DNA of 64,000 nt. Origin: Camelus ferus. Taxonomy: Eukaryota. The position numbers and the translations under genes are program-made. The notes under the pieces were generated by a model, which was given only the letters and a program-made list of their open reading frames with translations, did not search any database and was not told the origin of the DNA. The stretch spans positions 54,252,001 through 54,316,000 of the forward strand of contig NC_045707.1 in the NCBI RefSeq assembly GCF_009834535.1, given 5' to 3'. This document shows positions 50,099 to 62,979 of this stretch, in pieces. Positions within the stretch are counted from its first letter, which is position 1. Each line of letters starts with the position of its first letter.

Positions 50099-51078
50099 AC
50101 ATTATTTGGGCTGAATTTTATTTCCTCAAATTTTATATGTTCAAATCCTAATACTCAATCCCTCAGAATATGACCTTAGTGAAGATGGGGCCTTGAAAGA
50201 GGTAATTAAGGTAAAACGAGGTCATAGGGGTGGGCCCTAATCCAATATAAGTGGTGTCATTGTAAGAAAAAGAGATTAGAACACAGATAACACAGACTGA
50301 GGGATAATCACAAGAGGCTGAGACAGGAGGGAAGCGGGCAGGGCACAACCATTGAAGGAATGACACAGCTATTGACCAGGATGCACTGGTTAGAACCAAG
50401 ATGGTAGAAGATTCGACTTCCAGTAGATCTTGAGCCTCATGGCACACCCACAGGCACCGTGACAGTTCCTAGGCTCACCATAAAAGGTCAAAAAGTGGGG
50501 GAGGGCTTAATTCCTGGAGATCCTTGCCCCTTTCCCAAAGTAGTTGGAATAATCCTTTGACTCATTAGCATATGAAATTACAGAGCTCATAAAAACTAAC
50601 AACTCTGCAACTCATAGTCACTCTCTCTCTTGCCTTCTGGGATGGCCCTCACTCTGTCTATGGAGTGTGTATCTACTTTAAACTAAACATCCCCCCAAGC
50701 TGTGTCCTCTCTCCCTCTCCCTTTTGAGATGGCCTGCATTTTGCTTATGAAGTGTGGATCTATTAAGCTGCTTTTCCTTCTGAGTGAGATGGACCACACT
50801 CTGTCTATCTGTATCTCTCTTAACAAACTTGCTTTCACTTTACTAAGCCTTGCTCTTCAATTCTTTCCTGCACTAGGCAAGAACCTATTCTCTGGCAACA
50901 AGGACACAGTGAGAAAGTGGCCATCTGCAAGTCAAGGAGACAGACCTCCAAAGAAACCAAACTTGCTGACTCCTTGATCTGGGACTTATAGCCTCCAGAA
51001 CTGTGAGAAAACAGATCTCTGCTTTTTAAGACATCCAACCTGTGGTATTTTGTTATGGCAGTCCTAGAAAATTAATGC
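50099..51078 (+). mobile_element. MaLR solo LTR (MLT1A/B-like), split by a nested ERV LTR
   Basis: 5' half 50099-50318 (GGGCTGAATT..GAGGTAATTAAGGTAAAACGAGGTCATAGGGGTGGGCCCTAATCCAAT) and 3' half 50901-51078 (GGCCATCTGCAAG..GCCTCCAGAACTGTGAGAAAA..GGTATTTTGTTATGGCAG). Confidence 0.85.
50319..50900 (+). mobile_element. ERV (class I-like) solo LTR nested in the MLT1
   Basis: TG...CA ends (TGAGACAGG...CTGGCAACA), TATA-like CATAAAAA at ~50588, poly(A)-signal-like AACAAA at ~50822, three internal imperfect repeats containing GATGG..., and imperfect 4-bp flanks AGGC/AGGA. Confidence 0.7.
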
Positions 51079-51660
51079 ATATATTAATGAAACAAAAGGT
51101 TATTACCTATTAGGTTCAAGGCACCTTGTTTGTTGCTAAGGGATTTAAATTTTTGATAGCCTCAATCTAGTGAGCTCACCTCTATCCTGTGAAATAAGTA
51201 AGATTTATCATCTCACCATAAAGAAGAGGAAACTAAAGCATGGAGACATTGAAAATTAGTTACAAGACTGGTAAAGTGGCAGCATCAGGGCTGAATTGTT
51301 ATTTTAACTGCCAAACACAAATGGTAACAAAATAACAGAAAATAATATAACTTTCAATACATGTGATATTTATAAACAGTTAATGAGTACCATACATTTA
51401 CTTTATGAAGCAGAATCATTTGTGTGGTTCATCTGTCGACTGTAAGTACTGTAGAAACAAAAGTTCTCAAATATATTAGGGTAAAAAATATAAAGAGTGA
51501 TTAAACCTATTCTATACAAGAGGTCTTTTTATAATCTGCAATATGGTATATTGGCCTTTGGCTGTGTAAAGTCATGATTGTTTTAGCACAATTAACCTAG
51601 GTTTCACTTTTCAAGATGTATTTACAATACAAAAATCTAATTTAAAGGAAATGATCTCAC

Positions 51661-51793
51661 CATTTCATATTTCTGGAACTAGTTGTTTCTTGAACCCCAA
51701 CCTGTGTATGAAGCCATTGGTATGTATATTCTTTACTCCTTTCTAATTTTTCATTTGTGGTGGTATCCTTATACAGTAATTCTTCTTCCTTAC
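51661..51793 (-). CDS. LRRIQ1: LRRIQ1 (leucine-rich repeat and IQ domain-containing 1) internal 3' coding exon (133 nt)
   Basis: Acceptor TTTTTTTCCCTCTAG|, donor TG|GTGAGA. Phase-1 translation (G)KEEELLYKDTTTNEKLERSKEYTYQWLHTQVGVQETTSSRNMK(C) matches my recall of the LRRIQ1 C-terminal region and splices in frame into the next exon. Confidence 0.88.
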
Positions 51794-52472
51794 CTAGAGG
51801 GAAAAAAATGAAAATCTTATTTGTTATTTAAAGAGATCAAATTTTGGCCAAGCAATTCAGTCTAGGCTAACAATTTTATCACAGGAAAGAAAAAAGCAAA
51901 ATAATTTAATTCATAGGAGCTAAATCACCTCTAAGAAAAATAATGCCAGTCACTTATAAATTAAGTACTTTTCCTGCTTGAGTTTCAAACCTACCTATTT
52001 TGAAATATAAAAGAGATGTTTTAATACAACCAACATTTTATAGGGTTTGTTTTCTCATTTTTTAATTAGAAAATACAAGGAATTATTTTTGAGAGACAGT
52101 AGAATTTAAAGTCTAATTGTTCTCATATTATCTTATCCATATGTAGAATTTATAAATTATATTGAAGATATCTGAAACAGAATTTTAAGTAAAACTAAGC
52201 TTGGCTTGTGTAAGCTAATACATTTAAGTTAGGAGTATCATTTATATCAGGTGTAGGAAACCTGTGTGAATGCCACAGCAGCTACTTCAAAGATGGAAGG
52301 GGAACAGCGTAACAGAGAAAATGGGTATGGAAAACATGCAAGAGGAGAAATTACACAAGGTAAGAATATAAAATAACAACTACAAGGGAACATAAGCTAT
52401 TAAAAAAAGAAAAAAAATCCAACCTTTGTATTTACATTTAAAATTTACTACATATATGTTTGTATTTTTCCA

Positions 52473-52538
52473 AAACCAACAACAACAGCAACAAAACAAC
52501 AACAACAAAACAACAACAACAAAACAACAACAACAAAC
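52473..52538. repeat. Imperfect (CAA)n microsatellite
   Basis: Read directly from the sequence. Confidence 0.85.
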
Positions 52539-55299
52539 CTTCAGACATTACTGCTACATCAATGCCATGCATCTGAGTTACACTGAAGACCTGCTGTTTT
52601 AGAGTCTTTCTCCTTGGTCTTGGATTTTCAGGCCACTTCTTTTCAGGTGCCATCATCATGTTGAGAGATTTCTAGCTTTGTAGACTTGATTGACAGTACA
52701 CCAGCAAAGGGCATCTCTTGAAACTAACTCATGGTAATCACACTCACAAGAATTCTATAATTTAAAAGCTGGCATTTAAAATGTCAATTTATTAATTTGA
52801 ACTATCCTTTCACTGTAAATCTTCGTACACAGAAAGTCATCTTATACTTGCACGCTGTTTGGAAAACGAAGCATGGTGCAAAGTCTATTTTGAATGTTTG
52901 GTGCATGTGCACACATATTTAAACAGGTACACACAAGCTTAGTATTTGTCATTCTGAATATATTGAGGAAGGGACATTTATCCCGTCTTATTTTCCTTAA
53001 GAGTTGCTGTTGTAATTAGTGAAATTAGTCTATCAATTTCAATCCAAAGAGATATGGGAGCCAATTCTCAGGAAAGCTACAATTTAGGATATTTATTGAT
53101 CTAAATTACGTTACTTAGTAAAGTTAACTTCCTGTTAACGTGTCATGCCACTTTACGTTTCTAAAACAGTTGTACTTCTTGCATCCTGAGCCTAAGCCAA
53201 TCCCTCCATAGCTGCTGTATTAGAGGAACAATTACTTCACTGTTCAAGGGCTGACCACTGAATCCATGAGCAGACAGCATTTTGATAAATGGCATTCCTA
53301 ATATAGAAACTATAAAAAAGACTCAAACAAAGGGAAGATCTGGCATTACCACATCCAGTTACTGCACTGAGTACTAAGCCTCTGTTCCAGCAGAGTCCCA
53401 GCCTTTTATCTGCCTTTCTTGGTTGACCAGACCAAATGTTGAACCCATGAGTGCAATGACAGAAAACAGGGAGGAATCAGTGACCCTGATAATCAGCTGA
53501 GCCCATGGCTGGAACCTACTTACTCTTGATTTGTAGAAGATCTTTTTGTAACAAATGTACTTTCAGTGAAAAATAAAAATTGTCTCTTTGTCTTTATGTT
53601 TTTTAAAATAGTGACATATACTTGAGTAGTCCCTTTTTAAAACACTCATTCTGAGAAGCTTCAGCTCTACAGTAACACTCCATAAACCCTAAGTGGTTTT
53701 ACATCAGAACTCAGCCAAGGTTCTAAACAACAATCCCTGAGTAAAGATCAGAAGATTTGACTGTAAGGGTCCATCAGTTCATTTTAACCTAAAGGCATAG
53801 ATTGACAGATTGGCATGAGCTCAGTGTAAGAAACAGAAGTATAGTGGTGACACTGGACTGGATATACTCAAAGATACTGCAATTCCAACACTGGAGGAAA
53901 TGATGCTGGCAAGTGATTTTGGCTAAACCATTTCAGGATTACCTCTGTCACTGAGAAGGAGAAAGGAGGATTTACTGTTTGAAGTTTGCTTTTAGCATCT
54001 TGTGTAGGAAGGATGATGGTGATCTAGATTACTTAACAGACACTTGTCACTTTCTAGTCAGGCTGCCCAATAAATCTTTCCTTTTGGTTTTAGAAGAAGC
54101 ATCAATTATTCTGCCTGCCAAAAAGCAAACCTACTACCTACCTACTGTTCTTTCCTTCTTCTCTGGGTCTTCATTAATTTCTTGTACCATCAACCTAAGG
54201 GGAAAAAGTCTCCTTTTGGTTCCTACTGTCCCCTAATTACTGCAGTCTACACGTGCTCCTTTACTTCAATACACAAATTTTAGTAATTTTATTTAAATAA
54301 ATTAAACTTCTCCAATTATAAAAATAATACATTCTCATAATAGGACAATTTAGAAAATACAGAAAACTAAGAAGTCAAAGAAAAGAAAATCCACAAAAGT
54401 CTCACTACCTAAAGACAACCACTCGGTAACATTTCTGAGGTATTTCCTAGTAGTTCTTTTTTTCATAGACTTGTTTTGTTTTTTATTTACATACAATTGT
54501 ATGTATCCTACATATGCTACTTTTCAGTTAGTACTACTACAAATGCATTCTATGTAATGGAAATCTCATCCTAAATATACTTTTGGGGACTACACAGTAT
54601 GATGCACCAACTTGTTACATGAAGGTTTTTAATTACTCTATGTAATTAATCCATTTTCAGGTGGAATTAAAGATAACATGTCTACAATTGTAAATATGTT
54701 GAGGGACATGACATAATCTGTGTTGTAAATAGTTTTAAAAACTTGTACCAATTTACCACATGCTATATGAGGTTACTCATTTCACTAAGCCCGTGGTCAA
54801 CACTGGGACACTAAATATTTTAAAGCTGCTGATAATTTGACAAAAATATTATCTAGTATGGTCTTAATTTATATGTCTTTACTGCTAGTTAGATTAAAAG
54901 TGATTCCATATGAGTATTTATTAATTGTAGATCATAAAGTATAAAATATCTTTTTTGTTTCCCCCAATTATCTGCTGGATTCTAGTATTTCCATTTTTGT
55001 TTTCAATTGACCATTCATAATCCTATATCTGTTATCACCGGTGCAAATATTTTCTCCTGCCCATTTTTTGATTTTAATTTCTACTCTGTTTTCAAAAGGG
55101 GCATTTCTTTTCCTCTAGGCATACAAATCTACCCACTTGCTAAATAGCTTCTAAACTACAAGCCATTTTCCTCTCATAATTTATAGGTTTGTGTCTCTCA
55201 TTTCAATTGATATATAAGATTTCAGGGACAAATTCTATACTCTTCTAACATTTTATCTTTTGCATTAAAATACAGTGGTTAACAAAATTCTTTTAAGAG

Positions 55300-57180
55300 A
55301 AATATCTTGTCTGTTTCTGTTTTCATTTTCCATTCTTAATTTATTCCAATCTGATTCTATCAAATTGACATTGTCCTCACTAAGAAGGCTTTAACCCATC
55401 TTATCTACTAAACATATTTATTCTTTATTTTCATTGTCTTCTCTGCTGAATTCAACTACACAAACCATTTCCTTTGTCTTTAAACTCTCTTCTCTGCAGG
55501 ATTTTGGAACATCAGACTTCAAGTGCTTCCTTTCAGGCTCCTTTATAGATTCCTTCAGTTGTTGGTGCTCCTCATTCTACGAGTATCTAGGAGCCCCCCT
55601 ATTCCATCCCCACCCCACTGTGCTGGCTTTTGATGACAGTCAACTAGATTTGAATTGTTTATTGCCTCATGGGGCTAGCAGCCTAGAGGACTAGATATTA
55701 CCAACCTCTGCCTTATTCTGGTTCTCAGTTCCAGCTGAACTTCAGAATCACACCTTATTTTTATCATCATCATCCTACTAAGTCTGTTTTTCCTCCTGAA
55801 TTCCCAAGTCATCCAGACCAGGTACTCTGCAGTCAACCTTGGCAGCTCATCCCTTATGTAACATCTAATCAGAAACTGGGTCTAGTCTACCTGCTGGGCT
55901 TATCGCTACTGTTTGGCTCCTCCTTTTCATCCCCATTGTCCAATTTTGAAGAGGAGTGAGTAAGCCTGATTTACTGACATCCGTGCCTCAGCCCACTACA
56001 GTATGGCTTTCTCTGCACACCGTTTCACTAGAACTGTTCACACTGAGTGTACTAATATGGCTAAATCTTTGCGACTTTTTGACGTTCTTATCTCACTTAC
56101 TCCTCTATAATATATGACGTTGTTGTCCATGCCTCCCTTCTTAAAAGGCTTATTTCCTTTGACTCTTGTTTAATTACACTTATGCTGTTTTTTCTCTGCC
56201 ATTTTGTCTTAAAGCCCAGTTTCCTTTTCCTTTGCCAACTTTTCCAGTCTAAGGATTCTATCCTGGGCCCAATTTTATTCTTAGGCTATAATCTTCCTAT
56301 AAGAGGATATTCATTCAAGTTTTTAAATCACTTTCCTCATCTCCTTCTGAAATGCATCCATCCAAAGCCCCTCCACTTAGGTATCCTACAGGTAATTTAA
56401 ACAGAGTATGTAAAAGCTGAACTCATGTGTTATGCCACCTTTTCCAAATTCCTATAATTCTAGCATCAGCATCAGTGTAAAACATGGAAACCAGAGTGTT
56501 GTACTGAACCAGCATTCTTCCTCACCCTTCAACCGTGGATTTTACCTCCTAAATTCATTTCAATCTATCAAATCTCTGGTATTCACATTCTCACTTATTT
56601 AATTTCGATTCATCATTATCTTTTCAATTACTGTAACTGCCTTCTCACTGGTCTTTATGCTTTTGGTCTTGTTCCCATGTATGTATCTCCACACTGCAAA
56701 TGGTCTTGATAAAGTACAAATCTAATTATGCTCTTTCAGAGGTTAAACTCCTGGTTGTCCACTCCCTTCGGATAATGTTCAAAACATTTTGCATAGCATA
56801 CAGGCCTTCTATACACCTTCAGATGCCATCTGTTAAGTTCCTGCCTCAATCACCCAGACGTACTATAATTACTCAAAATGATCTCTTTTGCCTATAGACA
56901 TAATGTTTGGGATTATCCACATTATCAGTGGTGTTCCTGCTTCAGGTCTTCAGGTCTGAGTTTAGAAATTACATTCTTTGGGGGAAGCCCCTGACCGTCC
57001 AACACTTCATTCCTTATCTGCATTAGGCTAGAGATGCCTCCAAAGATACTATGGAAACCCCATGATAGTATTTATTACATTATTTTACTTTCTTATTCAT
57101 GTGTCTCTTTTGCCTACTAGAATATACACTCTTTAAGTGGTACACAGCACAGTGGTGCTCAGCAAATACTGGTACAATTC
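55300..57180 (+). mobile_element. Degenerate L2 LINE fragments
   Basis: Pyrimidine-rich L2-like text (CTGCCTTCTCACTGGTCT, CTCCACACTGCA, CCTACTAGAATATACACTC, GTGCTCAGCAAATACT); highly diverged. Confidence 0.55.
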
Positions 57181-58915
57181 AAGAACAACCTGTCATGGCT
57201 GATGAGCGTTCTTTGAGAAATACAGAGCTGGAATTTAGATTTTTAGTGCAGATGAACTGTGCACTGTGGAGGATAACACATGTCTAAATGTGATTAACTC
57301 AGTTATAATAAGAGAAACTTCAGCTCTGAAAGTCAGAATTAGATTGGGATAAAAATTGACAAACAAAGGCAGCAAACTCAAAACCAAAAAAACAACACTA
57401 TATATATAAGGTGTTTATAAAATGTTGACAAAGTACTCAATCCTAGAGAGAAGAAGTTCAGCTTTAAGACGTTCACCAAAAGAAATGAAGTCTCTTTAAA
57501 TTAATGGAAATATTTTTTTTTCTTCAAGAAAAGCAAATTAAGTGTTCATTAAACCCATATGCTTCAAATTAATCAGTTTTCTAAATTTTCAATATAGCAT
57601 AATATCCTCTACAGAGGGAGATTAGGATTCAATTATCATTTGGGGCACACAAAAAGAAGCTAATTATTTATAGTTTTAATACATATGGCAATTTTCCCAT
57701 GACTATTTTCTTTTCCCTTAATGGCCTTTCTCAGTAATATAATAATAAAATACTGTTGGTTTCATGGATGGAGATGAGTTCATTTCTTTACCAAAAGCTT
57801 TTGGAGGACATGGCTGCATGCTGAGCAAAATGCTTCATGTGATGGAAATATTTTTGGTAACTTTGATAAATGGCTCATTCTATGTATTTTATGCTGGAAA
57901 AAGTAAAAATATGATTTACATTATAAAGTATAAGTGTTCTGTATATGTTTACTAAAAGAAGTTATTGCATCATACCACACCAATAAAGCAAAAATAAAAT
58001 TGGAGTTTGGCATAAATGTCACACTAACAGATTTTTAAATTTATTAACATCTGTATAAATACTTGTTGATAGGCTGTTTATGGCTTCTTCCTTAACCAAC
58101 CCAATCTGTTGTTGGAAAGTTGACAGCACTGGCATGAAACCAATAACTCTCTAAGAGCCATTTGTGTGTGTGACAAGCAACATCCCTATTCTTTTAAAAT
58201 ATATTTAAATATATATGTAATTGATCACTAAGGAAAAATGACTGTATGAATAAAGAAGATTGTTGGTACAAGAGTTTAAAAACAGAGATTTTGGGAACAG
58301 AGCCAAAGCTACACGTAAGAGTCAAAGGTTAATTGCAGCACTAATCACTCCTTTACATATTTCACTATATTTTATGGCAGAAAAGGTAAAAAAAAAAAAA
58401 AAGTACTAGAATAAAAAATACTTGCTTGTTTCTGACATTTGAATTCATTTTCAAAATTCATCTGTTGAGGGGTTTGGGTAATACATTAAGTATATGAATG
58501 GTCTTTACGAAAGCAAAGAAAAATAAAAGTGAGTTAGTAAATTATACATTTAAAAATACATGGATTTTGCAAGACACAATTTTCAATACCAAGGAATTGC
58601 TAGGGTTATGTAAATCCCTCTGGAATAACAGAACCATTCTTTTATAAAGCGGATATAGTTGTGCTTATTAAATAATCATAAGTATTCTGATTTTAATTTA
58701 TGTACAATTCTACCTGAAAAAAATATGTTTTCCCATTTATATTGTTCAGTTGAGTTGTAGCTCCTCATTAATATCTTTAGAGTGGATTACCAAATACGAC
58801 ATAAAGGGTGGTTCTTTGGTGTCTTCTGTGGGAGCCACAAAACTCAAGAAAATAGCAGGTTGTTAAAGTTATAAAGATATTAATGTATAATGTGTCTCCA
58901 TGTCTGCTGTTAACT

Positions 58916-59168
58916 AGGGCTGAGACTAGAGTAAGGCAAGAGGGAGAAGTGAGATATTTGCCTTAGGCATAACATGTAAGGGGGTGCCAACAAATCAGTA
59001 ATCAAGATACATAATATTTTGATGTCATAATTTAAAATCAAAATTAATGCAAAAATCCATGATGCACCAAATATCCAAGTTCTAAATGACAGAATCAATA
59101 ACAGTGCTGAGCCAGGCTCTACTGGAGCCTGAGGTAAAAGGAAAGCTCAGTAATACTAATCCTTCTTT
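58916..59168 (+). mobile_element. hAT DNA transposon (MER96B-like)
   Basis: AGGGCTGAGACTAGAGTAAGGCAAG..AAGGGGGTGCCAA..TCAGTAATCAAGATA..CAAAATTAATGCAAAAATCCATGATG..GGAGCCTGAGGTAAAAGGAAA. Confidence 0.7.
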
Positions 59169-59569
59169 GCCACGGTATTGGCAGCTTTACCCACTTCTAA
59201 GTAATGCTAATGAAAGTGTCAAAAGGGTTTGTTTTTAGAACTACTCAGTAGCCATTGTCTGAGATTGCTTTCTACTGTTTGTCCTGAATCAGGCACACTA
59301 CTGAGTTTTCCACTACAAGAGGCCCTGGAATTCTGACATATAAGAAAATAATTAAAGAATCAATTAATTCAGTCTATATAGGAGAAGCTAAACCCTATTC
59401 ATCTTTCCATCTGCCTAGCAACTAACTTACCAGCTGTCATGTTGGGCACATTGTTTACCTCCTCTCTGCCTCAGTTTTCTCCTCTTAAAATGTAGTAATC
59501 ATATAAAGTAATAGAACACATAGAACGCCTAACATATAGTAAGGGTTTTAACAACTGTAGCTGTTTTCC

Positions 59570-59698
59570 ATTTTCTTTTCTTTTCTTTTCCCTCCCTTCT
59601 TTCCTTCCTTCCTTCCTTTTCTTTCTTCCTTCCTTCCTTCCTTCCTTCCTTCCTTCCTTCCTTCCTTCCTTCCTTCCTTCCTTCCTTCTTTCTTTCTT
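59570..59698. repeat. (TTTTC)n/(TTCC)n polypyrimidine microsatellite
   Basis: More than 15 TTCC units; the tract is essentially purine-free on the + strand. Confidence 0.92.
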
Positions 59699-60839
59699 AA
59701 ATGAACTCCATTATGCACAGCCTTAATGCTCTCTCAGTTGCCATGGGCTGAGACTTCCCTACCCTGGAGTGAGACTATCTGCAGAAGTTTCTAAATCTAG
59801 GCTAAGATCAGGATTCCAGGGGGTCACTGACAGGAGGGGAAGATTCCAGGATTAACCACAAAACTAGACAGAATAATTTTCTGGGGGTGAGTCCAGGAAG
59901 TCCTCCTTACCAGAATTCTAAATGTGTAACAGGTATTTTTTAAAATGTATTTTATTTCATAATATATGAGGATTTTAGTGTGTCTCTAATAAAGGAGAAT
60001 TAATTTCCAAAAGATAAGAAGGGTACACAGTCCTAATTGATTTGAAGTTATTTCAAATAATTTTTAGCAATTGGTCAGTAATAACCATGAAGGAGGCTCC
60101 ACTGACATGATTCTCTCCTGTTTCACTCTCTCAATTTAATTATCCTTGGAAAATATTCCTCTTTCCAACCTAGACTCCCTCAGGGAGTGTTAATATAGTA
60201 GGTCATCCAAACTAGGAACCACCGGATAGAATAATGGAGAGACTGATGATGTAAGTAGGTCGGCTTTCAAAATAACATGGTCATAATGACCACATAAATA
60301 TCACTGCCACCTGTTTTTTGTTTTGTTTGTCTGTTTGTTTTTTGGTACAGTTTTAGCCTTCAATTCCCTGCCATCTAGAAGTTTCTACTATTTTGTAAAA
60401 AAAAAAAAAAAAAAACAAAAAAAACTCTACCTTACTTATATTTATTAACTGAGATCCAAGTACATGGTTAATTTTCTTTACTAGTTTTATTTCAAAAGGA
60501 ACCAATTAAGTGGTATTATGATACATTAATGATAGAAACTTGATGGACCCAATTAAACACTTTTTAAATCATTGTAATCAGTTTTTAATAGCTATAAAAC
60601 AGAAATGTTCATTATATATGTATATCTATACATTCATAAAACATTTCTCATTGATTATTTATTATAGAAAGAAGTAAGATAGAAATTATATGTCTTCCCT
60701 ATGAAAGTAAGTTTCAGCTTTAAACTATTTATACAAATATTAATTTGTGGACCTCTTTTTTTGGAGAAGGTACTGTGGGTGGGGTTTGAAGCAGGAAGGG
60801 CCCTCTATTGGACAAGTCACTCCCTTACCCTTAGTTTTG

Positions 60840-61225
60840 TCATTCGTGAACTTAGGAGGAAAAGCAAAACATGGAGTGCTTCAAGAATTTGTGTGTTTTT
60901 CTTAGTGTTGTCAGTGTTTTGGATTGAGGCCATTCAACAGGTGTGTAGTGTTATCTCACTGTTGTTTTGGTTTTTTTAAATCCATTTTAAAAATCAAGTT
61001 GGTTGTTTTCTTATTGCTGAGTCTTAGGGGGGGTTTTGGTATATTGTGTGTAACAGTCCTTTATCAGATGTGTCTTCTGCGAACATTTTCTCCCAGTCTG
61101 TGGCTTGTCTTCTCATGATTTTGATAGTGTTTTTCACAGAGCAGAAGTTTTAAATTATTTATTACTTGCATCATGCTCTTGATGTTGTATCTAAATGGTC
61201 ATTCCCAAATCCAAGGGCACCTAGA
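60840..61225 (-). mobile_element. LINE-1 ORF2 fragment
   Basis: Antisense L1 motifs CAGTCCTTTATCAGATGTGTCTTCTGCGAACATTTTCTCCCAGTCTGTGGCTTGTCTT and GAGCAGAAGTTTTAAAT. Confidence 0.75.
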
Positions 61226-62363
61226 ATTCATCTCTGATGTAGCTATAGTAAATACATAAAGACTAATTCCCTATCCTTTGGTTAATAATTAAACAACATG
61301 ATGAGGAGTTCTAGTAAATATCTATACCTAAGAAATTGACATTAAGATCTATTCTTAATACTTGGAGGTAGCTGCCTCAGGAGAACAGAGGATAGAGTGC
61401 GATTTGTTGAACAACCAGAATACTCTCTAGGGACTTTATATATATCATTGTGTCTTTACAACATCCTTGTAAGAAATATATAATTATCATCCATTTTTTT
61501 GATAATGAAATTAAAGTGTTGAGCTTATGCAAGAGTAACATGAATTTGAACCCACATTTGCCTGACGCCAAAGCCCACAGTGCTTCCACTTCATCAGGGA
61601 GCCATCTTTTCCCATGAAATTCCCCTTAATGCCCTATTTCTGAATATGGAAATAAATGACATTTAAAATGTTCTTAATATACCAGCTGTAATAAATAACA
61701 CAGAATTTCTTTTTCTCTTGTGGATAACTTTCGGAAAATAAGGAATGATTCTGAAATAAAATTTTCCACATTTTGTCTCAGAGGAATTTGTAAATTTCTA
61801 CTAAACCTAATCAGATGTTAAATTATGGGAATAAAAAAGAACAACAGATATTCTAGCCATAGAAAATTATGTATGAATTGGTCAACAAACACAGTATTCT
61901 ATAATGCTGTACTTTTCCTGTAGTAAATACTTAAAGATATATAGCTTTTTCATGCATATGAAGAAAAAATTTGTGACTACTTAAAGCATATTTCTTATCC
62001 ATGCTCTCTGAAAAACAAAAGCATTTTTAGCTGAGTGTTTCTATGCTACAAAAGAACTATAAAACAGCATAATTTGACCTAAAGAAAGTGGAACAAATGG
62101 ATTTTTCCCCCTTTTTCTGTCTTCTCCTTTTAAACTTAAATGTAAATGGTTTGACTTTTTTGTTTTTCAAATTAAGAAAACAATTTCATAAAGGGAAAAG
62201 TTTTACAAACTGAACACTCAAAATCACAGACAGTAAATAGAATATAATAAATATTTTGGTTAGATTAATCATATCTACGGGACTGCTTTAGTTTAAATTC
62301 TAATAGAAGGAAAGCAGATGTAAATCATTGGTTTCATATTCAAAACTAACCAGGTGGAAGTGT

Positions 62364-62865
62364 TGTCAGACAATTCTCCATTTCAGAACATTTGGGAAGT
62401 GTGACCCTAACTAGACTTTTGTTGCAGACAATCTTTCCAAAAACATTTGTATACCAAACAGTCTTAGAAGACAGAGACAGTGTCTCCTTTGACGCAAAGG
62501 GCAGATCTGTTGGCTGTCCAGTAGAAGATCATGTTTTCTCATCAGTACAAAAGGCAGTTTAATTTGCAACCCACTATAAAATATTTGAGCTTCCTAAGCT
62601 TGGGGTTTCTCAGCTGTGACAAACCTACCTTGAGCTCAGTATCTACCAGGACTCCTTCACTTTACTCCTGTGGAGGCTGAGGGCTAAGAGAACCAACACA
62701 ATTATGCTAGTGCCCAGGCTGCTTGCTGTGCTGTGAATAATAAAGCCCTCCGTCCCTGACCTCGGAGTCTTGTATCTTCTGCCAGCATCACAGAATGACG
62801 TTGGGATAACTTTCTCTTCCACCTGAAAGTGGGATCCAGTCTCAAACTCTCAAGAGTTTTTGACA
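62364..62865 (+). mobile_element. Old ERV solo LTR (family not assigned)
   Basis: TGTCAGACA...TTTGACA termini, with TATAAAA at ~62576 and AATAAA at ~62739 in LTR-typical order. Confidence 0.72.
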
Positions 62866-62979
62866 CAGAAGAACTTTACTCATAAGAGTAAAACTGTATA
62901 CAGCAGAAAAAGAGAAAATCTTTTGCTTTTGAATCTCAAGTAATGAGGAAAAAAAGCAGACAGGTTATCTTCAACACAG

